DNA from: Candidatus Saccharimonadota bacterium
GTDB taxonomy: Bacteria > Patescibacteriota > Saccharimonadia > Saccharimonadales > Saccharimonadaceae
DNA length: 64,000 nt
Assembly: GCA_017437945.1 (NCBI GenBank)
Contig: JAFRWP010000002.1
Location: 1,272-65,271 of the forward strand
Direction of reading: 5' to 3'
Under the pieces are notes generated by a model. The model saw nothing but the letters and a program-made list of their open reading frames with translations, ran no database searches and had not been told where the DNA came from. Shown one piece after another: positions 8,326 to 16,565 of this stretch; the first letter of the stretch is position 1; every line of letters begins with the position of its first letter. A program made the translations under genes and the position numbers.

Positions 8326-10116
8326 ATGAATTCCGATGATCGAGATTATGGCATTGGTGCCGAGGCTGCTCATCAGGCAGACTCGATTCAAAAACAGATG
8401 GCTGCCGAAGCTATCGCCGATGCACCAGCACAGCCAGAGGTGGACAACTCTATCATGGCTGGCATAAAGACCGATGAGGAGATGAAGCCTTTCGGTGACA
8501 TCATTAATGAGAGCACCCCAGACAAAGATACGGGTGCGCTTGTGTCAGATTTGGAATTAGAAAAACCTCAAAAGGAAAAAGAACCGAAAAAGAAAGGTAA
8601 ACTCGTCATCATTTGCGTCATTGCCGTTCTTGTTTTAGGTGTGGCGGGTGTAGCCGCTTGGCTCATGTTGTCTAATACAGCATCGAACGAACAGGGTGGT
8701 GCTAAGGCAGATCCTCAGAGCAAAGCTTTCTTCGTTGAAGGCGAGGACGGCGATGCCTCTTATGCTATCTACAACGATAAAGGCGAAAAGCTAACGGACT
8801 ATTCATACGTCAAAGAGAGCGACTTTAACGTCAGTGGATACGCGATTGTCAGAAAGATCAATCAGGATGCTCAGGGGCTTGTTGCTAACACTGGGAAACT
8901 CTCGGTAGCATTTGGTGAATTTGAGACTATTTCTGAATTCGGGCCATTTTATATAATCACCAAGCGTGATGCTGATACATACCTTACGGACGGCTCAGGT
9001 GACATCCTTATGAGAGTCCTAGACGTAAAGAACGAGAATCACCTTTACTATGTATTTGATGGCGAAAAGTCATATATCTTTGACAAGAATGGTGAAAAAG
9101 TCTTCGAAACCGAAGGGAAATCGTCCATTCCGAAGCCAACTTCATTGGGTAAAGTTATTTGTCTAAACTACAAAGAAACCGCCTGCTTTAGTGTTGAGAC
9201 TGGCGACAAGCTATTCTCCTTCAAGACCGACAAAAAGTTAACCAATAACTCAATTTCGGACAACCTTCAGTGCGCCACTTTCTATGACGAAAAGAGTCAT
9301 AGATATACCTATAATAGCGTTACGGGCGCCTTAAGGGATATCGGTCCTGAGACTACAATCCTAGCGCTTCAGCATAAGAACGACATTGGCTGTTTCTTCA
9401 TTAAAACCGATGATTATGTCATGGGTTCAGATGGTGTTAAACTTGCCATCTCGAACGGCAAAACAATCCTCGTAAGCTCTGCCCAAATCGTAGTTCGTGA
9501 TGCGGATCATTTCGCATATTATCAATACAAAGAAGATGGCGGTCATACCTACACGATGCGCTCCGGTGGTGATACGAAGAGATATGATACTGGTATTGAT
9601 GAAGTGACCATTTCGGCCACAAATAAAATGATTGGCATATCCTATGGCGGAAAGCTGTATATCTACGAGGATGGCCCAGATCCGGTTTACATCATTGAAG
9701 ATAAATACATTCAGGCCTCTTCGATGAGTGAAATGAACGAGTACGGCAACTTTTCGACCTATAATTATGTCGTTAACAAAGATAAAGGCGTTCTCTATCG
9801 TAGCCCGAGCCGCTTATATGTATCTGAGAAAAATGGTTACTTTGTGGTTCGCGAAAGCCTTAAAGATAACGGCGGATATGCTGGCGTACTAAATGCCAAG
9901 GGTGAAGTAATTATCACCGAAGATACCTATACGACCATCAAGTTCGCCGGTGATTTCTTCATTGCGGTTAAAGACGATAGCTACTCACTGCTAGATGGCG
10001 AAGGCAAAGTGTTGCTTGAGAAATACGACAGTATCAGTGTGCTTGATTCGCATATTGAAGCCCTCAAGGGCGGGAAGACCGAATACTACACGCTCGATAT
10101 GAAGAAGATTAAATAG
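8326..10116 (+). CDS. single-pass membrane-anchored protein with a WG-repeat-like extracellular repeats region
   Basis: The N-terminus is acidic/Lys-rich, followed by one TM helix (LVIICVIAVLVLGVAGVAAWLML). After that come recurring ~35-aa units of the form G.AIV....G(L)V...GK.V...Y. The function is unknown. Confidence 0.65.
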   Translation: MNSDDRDYGIGAEAAHQADSIQKQMAAEAIADAPAQPEVDNSIMAGIKTDEEMKPFGDIINESTPDKDTGALVSDLELEKPQKEKEPKKKGKLVIICVIAVLVLGVAGVAAWLMLSNTASNEQGGAKADPQSKAFFVEGEDGDASYAIYNDKGEKLTDYSYVKESDFNVSGYAIVRKINQDAQGLVANTGKLSVAFGEFETISEFGPFYIITKRDADTYLTDGSGDILMRVLDVKNENHLYYVFDGEKSYIFDKNGEKVFETEGKSSIPKPTSLGKVICLNYKETACFSVETGDKLFSFKTDKKLTNNSISDNLQCATFYDEKSHRYTYNSVTGALRDIGPETTILALQHKNDIGCFFIKTDDYVMGSDGVKLAISNGKTILVSSAQIVVRDADHFAYYQYKEDGGHTYTMRSGGDTKRYDTGIDEVTISATNKMIGISYGGKLYIYEDGPDPVYIIEDKYIQASSMSEMNEYGNFSTYNYVVNKDKGVLYRSPSRLYVSEKNGYFVVRESLKDNGGYAGVLNAKGEVIITEDTYTTIKFAGDFFIAVKDDSYSLLDGEGKVLLEKYDSISVLDSHIEALKGGKTEYYTLDMKKIK

Positions 10117-10120
10117 CATC

Positions 10121-10147
10121 AAAAATCCCCCGGCTGGGGGATTTTTT
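10121..10147. terminator. bidirectional intrinsic terminator
   Basis: AAAAATCCCCC-GGCT-GGGGGATTTTTT, between convergent genes. Confidence 0.85.
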
Positions 10148-10505
10148 ATTTGTCGCGTTTATATAATTTGCGGGTAATATCTTCTAGTACCTGCGTGCCA
10201 TTCTCAAGTTGATAGTAGTGGCGCACGTAAAAGATTACGGTCACCAGGAAAATCAACGTCACTACGCCCGTGCAGCCTTTCATGATGCCACTATAGATGT
10301 CGTTTGGCAGCATTAGCATTAGAGCCAAGAATAGGATAAAGAAAATAATCATGAACAGGGCAAAGAAAAAGGTCACAATCAGATGAATTAGGCGTTCGTG
10401 CTGGAACTGCTGTGTCATCGTCTTATGGTAATCTATCAATTCCGCTGTCGGATGTGCGGATTCTTTCTCGATATATTTAATGTAATTGCGTAATTTCTTA
10501 TCCAT
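10146..10505 (-). CDS. hypothetical 2-TM membrane protein (119 aa)
   Basis: I moved the start to the ATG at 10505 (MDKKLRNY...). The 66 nt upstream in the ORF-track call contain a terminator hairpin and a TGTTATAAT box 6 nt before this ATG. Confidence 0.65.
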   Translation of the reverse strand: MDKKLRNYIKYIEKESAHPTAELIDYHKTMTQQFQHERLIHLIVTFFFALFMIIFFILFLALMLMLPNDIYSGIMKGCTGVVTLIFLVTVIFYVRHYYQLENGTQVLEDITRKLYKRDK

Positions 10506-10520
10506 AAGCTCATTATAACA

Positions 10521-10548
10521 AAAAAGCGGCCCGGATTTTTCCGGGCCA
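10521..10548 (-). terminator. intrinsic terminator of the 10568-11134 gene
   Basis: Read on the minus strand: GGCCCGG-AAAAAT-CCGGGCC followed by GCTTTTTT. Confidence 0.75.
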
Positions 10549-10567
10549 AAGTTTGATATTTCTTGGC

Positions 10568-11134
10568 TCATCTAGGCATCATGCCGGCAGGGGGTTTGTC
10601 CGCCGGAGCTTCCGCTCCCGTAGGGGCGTCACCTTCTGCAGGGGTCTCATCGTCGGCTGATTCTTCGCCTTCGATGGGCGTATCAACTTCCGCTTCCGGC
10701 GTCGCATCATTCTCGTCCGTCACCGGCTCGTCTACGCAATCACCGAAATCATCCGGCGGCCTTACTTCAACGGTGACTGATCCGCCGACCTCCCTGTAAT
10801 TATTCGTGTCCTCGGGGTCGACATAATGGTCGCCGATTGCTTCGACTCCGCATTCGATGGCGTCATCGAGGTGAGCTATGTCCCTTTTTGCGATCAGTAT
10901 TTTAGCCCGTGTTTCGTAGTAATCCGACCGGCTCTGCAGGCTGGTGACGCGGTCGCGCCATCTGAACTCTCTGGCGTTGACCAGCTGCCTCTTTGCGAGA
11001 TTCTTCAGATAGCTCAACCTGTTCCTGCGATTTTCTCTCAGTAGGACGTTTGCGCCCAGCAATTCCAGCTCATTTTTATAGCCGGAATCAAAGTGCAATT
11101 CCTCTTCGTGTCTGGCTTTTTCGGACGTAGACAA
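10568..11134 (-). CDS. hypothetical protein, Arg-rich helical N-half and highly acidic Pro/Asp/Glu-rich C-half
   Basis: A TTG start at 11134 is preceded by AGGAGGTG with 7-nt spacing. This stretch is visibly richer in G+C than its neighbours. I recognise no family. Confidence 0.55.
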   Translation of the reverse strand: MSTSEKARHEEELHFDSGYKNELELLGANVLLRENRRNRLSYLKNLAKRQLVNAREFRWRDRVTSLQSRSDYYETRAKILIAKRDIAHLDDAIECGVEAIGDHYVDPEDTNNYREVGGSVTVEVRPPDDFGDCVDEPVTDENDATPEAEVDTPIEGEESADDETPAEGDAPTGAEAPADKPPAGMMPR

Positions 11135-11216
11135 TAGAAAACACCTCCTATATAAATATGAGTCATACAGAAATGAGAAAAAACGTGCCTGCGCCAAAGA
11201 CGCAAGTATACATATT

Positions 11217-11245
11217 ATTATATCATACTTGAGCTTAAAAGTCAA
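11217..11245 (-). promoter_or_regulatory. sigma70-type promoter (TTGACT-17-TATAAT) for the 10568-11134 gene
   Basis: Consensus hexamers with a 17-nt spacer. It is 25/29 identical to the promoter at 27308-27336. Confidence 0.6.
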
Positions 11246-11319
11246 TGATACCGGTCGTCGTGGCCGATTTTTTGGGCCAAAATCAGCGTTCAAGAGGGTA
11301 TGTTGTAAAATATACAATG

Positions 11320-11375
11320 ACACTAGATATAGCGTAAAAATACTATTGACTACGCTATATATAGCGTTCTATAAT
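11320..11375 (+). promoter_or_regulatory. two NrdR-box-like 16-bp palindromes overlapping a TTGACT/TATAAT promoter
   Basis: Box 1 is ACACTAGATATAGCGT (11320-11335). Box 2 is ACGCTATATATAGCGT (11352-11367), a perfect palindrome lying between the -35 (11346-11351) and the -10 (11370-11375). Start-to-start spacing of the boxes is 32 bp. Confidence 0.7.
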
Positions 11376-11382
11376 CATAAGC

Positions 11383-11820
11383 ATGAAGAACATCATCTAT
11401 TTCAACAAAGAAGACTCTGAAAAATTTGACTTTGACCGTTTCAAAAAATCTTTGAACGATTACGCCAAGGTTCCAGAAGCCGATATTAAGGCTGCTCTCA
11501 AAGAGCTTGATAATTACGAAAATCTTCATGTTAGCCGTCTCGTTGAGACCGGCGCGCTCCTCATCGCTAAAAATGGTTCGGAAGCGGCCGCCAAGAAGTA
11601 TTTCGACGCCCACAACCAGTATTTTGGCGAGAAGTTTGAGCGCCTTCGTCGCATCACTGGCTATCTCGTCGGTACACTCGATCGCTGGAACGATGGCAAG
11701 AAGGCTGAAGAAGCCGCTCGCGTCAAACATTCCGTCAATTCCTGCATTGACGATGAGACTCGTGCCAAGCGCCTTGAGCAGCAAGCACTCGCCCATAATA
11801 TCGCCTACAACGCTGCCTAG
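11383..11820 (+). CDS. stand-alone small protein with an NrdD-type C-terminal glycyl-radical motif
   Basis: RLRRITGYLVGTLDRWNDGKKAEEAARVKH resembles the class III RNR glycyl-radical segment (R-x-x-G-Y-L ... W-N-x-G-K-x-x-E ... R-x-x-H). It has no Zn-ribbon cysteines and no RNR barrel. The ATG lies 7 nt after the -10 box. Confidence 0.65.
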   Translation: MKNIIYFNKEDSEKFDFDRFKKSLNDYAKVPEADIKAALKELDNYENLHVSRLVETGALLIAKNGSEAAAKKYFDAHNQYFGEKFERLRRITGYLVGTLDRWNDGKKAEEAARVKHSVNSCIDDETRAKRLEQQALAHNIAYNAA

Positions 11821-11888
11821 ATTAAGCATAAGCGTCTATCTCTTAAAGATTACTAGTCACACCACCAGAAGAATGGTAAAATGGTGAT

Positions 11889-13190
11889 ATGTTAGATATT
11901 AATTTCATCCGAGCGAATCGGCAGAAAGTCGAGGACGCCATTCATAACAAGGCTTATGAAATTGACCTCGATGAGATTCTCAAGCTCGATGACGAGCGTA
12001 AGGAATTATCTCAGAAAATCGACGCATTGCGCCAAGAGCGTAATCAAATTTCCGCTAAGATGAAGGGTGGCAAGCCTGATAAGGCTTTGATCGAACGCGG
12101 CAAGGAACTGAAGGTGGAACTTTCCGAACTCGAGTCCAAGCTTTCAGAAGTCGAACCAGAATATATTGCCAAGCTCAAAACCGTTCCGAACGTCCCAGAA
12201 GATGACGTTCCAGTTGGTCTTACCGAAGACGATAACCAAGTCGCCGAAGTATGTGGCGAGCCAACCAAATTCAAATTTACGCCAAAGAATCATTTCGAAA
12301 TCGGCCAAGCTCGTGGCTGGATCGATAAAGAGCGTGCCGCCAAGGTTTCCGGCGCTCGCTTCGCCTACATCAAGGGCGATATGGTCAAGCTGCAGATGGC
12401 GATTGTTAACTTCGTCATGAATAGTCTTTCCGACGAGAAAGTTATCAAAGAAATCATTGAGAAAAACAAGCTCGAAGGCCTCTCTACGAAGCCATTTACG
12501 CTTGTGTTACCTCCACTTATGCTTCGCACCGAGATGTATGACGCTATGGACCGCCTCGAACCACGTGAAGATCGCTACAAGATTGAAGGCGAAGAGCTTT
12601 GGCTTCAGGGTAGCGCTGAGCACGTTCTCGGTTCCATGCACCAGGGTGAAATTTTTGCCGAAGCAGAACTTCCAGTTCGCTACTTAGGTTATGCCACTTC
12701 CTTCCGCCAAGAGGCCGGTACTTACGGCAAAGACATGGAGGGGATTATCCGTATGCACCAGTTCGACAAGCTCGAAATGGAAAGCTTCTCTACGAAAGAG
12801 ACCAGCCGCAAAGAGCATGAATTATTCGTTGCCATCCAGCGCTGGCTCATTGAACAACTCGATCTTCCATATCGCGTAATTCGCAAATGTACCTTTGATA
12901 TTGGTAAACCAGATGCCCGCGGTATTGATATGGAAGTTTGGCTCCCAGGCCAAAACAAATACCGTGAAACGCATACAGCGGATTATATGACTGATTATCA
13001 ATCACGCCGTCTCAATACGCGCGTTCGCCGTGACAGTGGCGACGTAGAGCTCGTTCACACCAACGATGCCACCGCGTTTGCGCTCGGACGTATCATGATT
13101 GCAGTAATTGAAAACTATCAAAACGAAGACATGACGATTCGTGTCCCAGAAGTTTTGCGTAAGTATATGGATGGAAAGGAGACCATATAA
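11889..13190 (+). CDS. serS: seryl-tRNA synthetase
   Basis: It has an N-terminal coiled-coil arm and class II motifs (FRQEAG, GRIMIAVIENYQ). Length 433 aa. Confidence 0.95.
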   Translation: MLDINFIRANRQKVEDAIHNKAYEIDLDEILKLDDERKELSQKIDALRQERNQISAKMKGGKPDKALIERGKELKVELSELESKLSEVEPEYIAKLKTVPNVPEDDVPVGLTEDDNQVAEVCGEPTKFKFTPKNHFEIGQARGWIDKERAAKVSGARFAYIKGDMVKLQMAIVNFVMNSLSDEKVIKEIIEKNKLEGLSTKPFTLVLPPLMLRTEMYDAMDRLEPREDRYKIEGEELWLQGSAEHVLGSMHQGEIFAEAELPVRYLGYATSFRQEAGTYGKDMEGIIRMHQFDKLEMESFSTKETSRKEHELFVAIQRWLIEQLDLPYRVIRKCTFDIGKPDARGIDMEVWLPGQNKYRETHTADYMTDYQSRRLNTRVRRDSGDVELVHTNDATAFALGRIMIAVIENYQNEDMTIRVPEVLRKYMDGKETI

Positions 13191-13191
13191 A

Positions 13192-13548
13192 ATGATTGAA
13201 AATATAGATATTAGCGGCTCTAATTATAAAGTCGAAGAAAGCTTCCAAAAGTATGTCCAAAAGCGCATCGGGAAGCTCGATCGCTATCTTCCACGCCAGA
13301 ACCGCAAAGATCTCGTTGCTAAGGTGGTCGTTACCCAGGTAAACCGTGACCATGGCAACAAGTATGAAATTTCTGCAACACTTGATATTCCTGGAGGCAA
13401 AGTTTTGAATGCTAAGGAAGAATGTTCCAACACTTTTGCTGGCGTCGATATCCTCGAGGCTAAGCTCATGGGCCAAATTCGCCGCTTCAAGACTGAAAAA
13501 ACTAACTACGACAAGAAAGGATTTCTCAAGCGCCTTATTAAGAAATAA
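13192..13548 (+). CDS. hpf: ribosome hibernation promoting factor / RaiA family (short form)
   Basis: MIENIDISGSNYKVEESFQKYVQKRIGKLDRYL is the typical HPF N-terminus. I take the start as the ATG at 13192, behind an AAAGGAG SD, not the 13141 call. Confidence 0.85.
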   Translation: MIENIDISGSNYKVEESFQKYVQKRIGKLDRYLPRQNRKDLVAKVVVTQVNRDHGNKYEISATLDIPGGKVLNAKEECSNTFAGVDILEAKLMGQIRRFKTEKTNYDKKGFLKRLIKK

Positions 13549-13570
13549 AGTCGCGTGATATACTAATACG

Positions 13571-16501
13571 ATGAAAGAGAAGAGGTCCGAGAAAAAACAG
13601 AGGGTGGCTGAAAAACCAAAACACGCAGACGAAAAGGTTTCAAAGGAGAAAAAAGCTCCAAAAGAAAAGAAACCTACTGATAAACTTGCCGATAAATCCG
13701 GCTTGACCATTTTCTTGCAGCATATTTTTGGCGATGCACAGAAGAAGACTCTTCGCCGTCTCGAGAAGCGCGTAGCAGAAATCAACAAGCTCGCGCCAAA
13801 GTACGCCGACATGAGCAACAAGGAGCTCCAGGAGCAGACCGAAAAGCTCAAGAAGCGCCTCGAGAAAGCCCAGAAGCAAGTTCTCGCTGCTAAGGCAGTT
13901 GAAAAATTGAAAGAAGAAAAGGCTAAATCTAAGAAGAAAGACGACGAGCCTGAAGATAAGAAGCCAAAGAAAGTCGAAAAGAAAGAGCAAAAAATCGCCG
14001 AGGCCAACCGCGCGCTCGACCAGATTCTGCCAGATGCTTTCGCGCTCGTTCGCGAGGCTAGCGATCGCGTCCTCAAGCTTCGTCCATTTGATGTCCAGCT
14101 AATTGGTGGTATCGTTCTTCACGAAGGCAACGTCGCCGAGATGAAGACCGGTGAAGGTAAGACTCTCGTCGCAACTTTGCCAGTCTACCTTAATGCTTTG
14201 ACTGGTCGTGGTGTTCATGTCGTGACGGTTAACGATTACCTCGCACAGCGCGACGCCGGCTGGATGGGTAAGCTTTATGATTTCTTAGGCCTATCCGTTG
14301 GCGTCATTATTAACGAGGCCAGCTTCAAATATGACCGTGATTATACTAACGAAGATCATGACGATGAGCGCATGCGCCATCTTAAACCATGCACCCGCAA
14401 GGAAGCTTATCTCTGCGATGTTACCTATGGTACCAACAACGAGTTCGGCTTCGATTACCTCCGCGATAACATGGTCAAGGATGCCCAGTATCTGCGCCAG
14501 CGCGAACTTAACTTCGCCATCGTCGATGAGGTCGACTCCATCTTAATCGATGAAGCCCGTACGCCGTTGATTATTTCCGCTCCAGCTGGTGATAACCCAG
14601 AGAGCTACTACCAGTTCGCTAAGGTTTGCTCTCAGCTCGGCGAAAACGATTATATCGTCGACGAAAAACGCCGCACCGTTACTCTTACCGAAGAAGGTGT
14701 CGAGAAAGTTCAGAAGATTCTTGGTGTAGACACGCTCTATACTACCGAGAATACTCGCATTGTTTACCACCTTGAGCAGGCTCTCCGTGCTCAAACGCTA
14801 TTCCATCGCGATAAAGATTACGTCGTCACCAATTCTGGCGAAGTTCTCATCGTTGACGAGCACACTGGCCGTTTGATGCAGGGTCGCCGCTACAACGAAG
14901 GTCTCCATCAGGCCATCGAAGCCAAGGAAGGTGTCCAGGTTCGCGAAGAGTCTATGACCCTCGCTACCATTTCCTTCCAGAACTTCTTCCGTCTCTACAA
15001 CAAGCTTTCCGGTATGACTGGTACGGCATTCACTGAGGCAGAAGAGTTCCAGCAGATTTATGCTCTTGATGTAATTCAAATTCCACCAAACAAGAAGATT
15101 ATCCGTGTCGATAAAGACGATCTTATCTATCGCACTGAGGCTGCTAAGCTTAAAGCTATTGCCGCTGAGGTCAAGAAGTACCACGAGAAAGGTCAACCTG
15201 TGCTCGTCGGTTCTGATTCGATCGCCAACAACGAACGTATTGCAGCTTATCTTGAAAAGGAAGGCATCCCATTCGAGCTCTTGAACGCTAAGAACAACGA
15301 GCGTGAGGCTGCCATCATCGAGAAAGCCGGCGAAAAGGGTGCAGTCACCCTCGCCACCAACATGGCTGGTCGTGGTACCGATATTAAGCTCGCTAAAGGT
15401 GTTGCTAAACTCGGCGGTCTCGTTGTCATTGGTACCGCCCGTCATGATTCTCGCCGCGTTGATAACCAGCTCCGTGGTCGTGGTGGCCGCCAGGGCGATC
15501 CTGGTACCACTCAGTTCTTCGTATCCTGCGAAGACGACCTCATGCGCATCTTCCAGGGTGACCGCATCAGCATGCTTATGAAGCGCCTCGGCATTGATGA
15601 CGATATGCCAATTCGCAACAAATCCGTCAGCAAGACGCTCGAGCAAGCTCAGAAGCGCATCGAAGGTTTCAACTTCGATTCCCGCAAGAACGTTGTTCAG
15701 TACGATAACGTCATTAACCGTCACCGCAAAGTCGTCTACACGATGCGTCGCAAGATTCTCGAAGGCGATAATATCCGCCCAGAGATCTCTCGCCTCTATA
15801 AAGATGAAATTGCCGAGCTCGTTCAGTTTAGCTCTCGCGTAAACAAGAAATTCAACGACAACTTCAAGCGTGTCTTCGATCTCGATGATGATCTCATTGA
15901 TACCATTGGTCTCATGCGCAAAGAGAAAGATCGCTACAAGCTCGCTCTCTCCGCTGTCGAAGAAATGTATCATGACAAAGAGATGGAATTTGGCGAGGAA
16001 ACCATGCGCAAGATTGAGCGCGAAGTTTACCTCAACGTTCTCGATACTCTTTGGATGCAGCACCTAGAAAACATGCAGCATCTCCGCGAGGGTATCCACT
16101 GGCGCTCAGTTGGCCAGCGTGATCCACTCGTAGAGTACCGCTCTGAATCCCAGAAGCTCTTCGATGGTCTCCAGCGCACGCTCCGTGAGGAAGTTATGCA
16201 TATCCTCCTCAGCATCCGTCAGCAAGATGTTGCCGAAGTTTCTGACGATAAATACGATACTGAGCTCACCAAGATGGCCGAAGGTGCCACCGAAAAGGGC
16301 GTGAACGAAATTTCCGCCGGCGAGAAGAATCTCGACAACGAATTCTCTAAAGATGAACATGGCATTACTAAGGAAACCGAACGCGTACCGGCTGCGGCAA
16401 CTCGTACCGGTGGCAAGAACACCAATCGCAATGCTAAGCGCAATCAAGCACGTAAGAGCAAGAAAAAAGCTCGCCAAAACAAGAAACGCGCTCGTCGCTA
16501 G
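13571..16501 (+). CDS. secA: preprotein translocase ATPase SecA with Lys/Glu-rich N-terminal extension and insertion, and a basic C-tail lacking the Zn finger
   Basis: Conserved blocks are present: FDVQLIGGIVLHEGNVAEMKTGEGKTLV, DEVDSILIDEARTPLIIS and TNMAGRGTDI. A TGATATACT box lies 6 nt before the ATG. Confidence 0.95.
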   Translation: MKEKRSEKKQRVAEKPKHADEKVSKEKKAPKEKKPTDKLADKSGLTIFLQHIFGDAQKKTLRRLEKRVAEINKLAPKYADMSNKELQEQTEKLKKRLEKAQKQVLAAKAVEKLKEEKAKSKKKDDEPEDKKPKKVEKKEQKIAEANRALDQILPDAFALVREASDRVLKLRPFDVQLIGGIVLHEGNVAEMKTGEGKTLVATLPVYLNALTGRGVHVVTVNDYLAQRDAGWMGKLYDFLGLSVGVIINEASFKYDRDYTNEDHDDERMRHLKPCTRKEAYLCDVTYGTNNEFGFDYLRDNMVKDAQYLRQRELNFAIVDEVDSILIDEARTPLIISAPAGDNPESYYQFAKVCSQLGENDYIVDEKRRTVTLTEEGVEKVQKILGVDTLYTTENTRIVYHLEQALRAQTLFHRDKDYVVTNSGEVLIVDEHTGRLMQGRRYNEGLHQAIEAKEGVQVREESMTLATISFQNFFRLYNKLSGMTGTAFTEAEEFQQIYALDVIQIPPNKKIIRVDKDDLIYRTEAAKLKAIAAEVKKYHEKGQPVLVGSDSIANNERIAAYLEKEGIPFELLNAKNNEREAAIIEKAGEKGAVTLATNMAGRGTDIKLAKGVAKLGGLVVIGTARHDSRRVDNQLRGRGGRQGDPGTTQFFVSCEDDLMRIFQGDRISMLMKRLGIDDDMPIRNKSVSKTLEQAQKRIEGFNFDSRKNVVQYDNVINRHRKVVYTMRRKILEGDNIRPEISRLYKDEIAELVQFSSRVNKKFNDNFKRVFDLDDDLIDTIGLMRKEKDRYKLALSAVEEMYHDKEMEFGEETMRKIEREVYLNVLDTLWMQHLENMQHLREGIHWRSVGQRDPLVEYRSESQKLFDGLQRTLREEVMHILLSIRQQDVAEVSDDKYDTELTKMAEGATEKGVNEISAGEKNLDNEFSKDEHGITKETERVPAAATRTGGKNTNRNAKRNQARKSKKKARQNKKRARR

Positions 16502-16513
16502 AATCAAACAATC

Positions 16514-16539
16514 AGAACGCGGTCGAAAGGCCGCGTTCT
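16514..16539 (+). terminator. strong hairpin after secA (11-bp stem, GAAA loop, no U-tract)
   Basis: AGAACGCGGTC-GAAA-GGCCGCGTTCT. Terminator function is uncertain because no T-run follows. Confidence 0.45.
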
Positions 16540-16565
16540 AGATTCGGCCTAAACATAAGAATTAT

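Noticed and set aside
10505-10571. An apparent ATGA translational coupling between the 10568-11134 gene and an MSQEIS... start of the downstream membrane protein.
   Set aside because: The 66 nt contain a complete terminator (GGCCCGG-loop-CCGGGCC + U6) followed by TGTTATAAT, 6 nt before an internal ATG (MDKKLRNY). So the two genes are separate transcription units, and the upstream extension is non-coding.
13093-14076. A 327-aa minus-strand ORF overlapping the serS end, hpf and the secA start.
   Set aside because: It is the antisense shadow of Lys/Glu-rich coding sequence (AAG/GAA repeats read as CTT/TTC give an S/F/L-rich product). It has no SD or promoter, and the plus-strand genes have unmistakable homology.
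14798-16063. A 421-aa minus-strand ORF inside secA.
   Set aside because: It lies antisense to a highly conserved SecA segment. Its composition is implausible and it has no start context. Long antisense ORFs are expected from the codon bias here.
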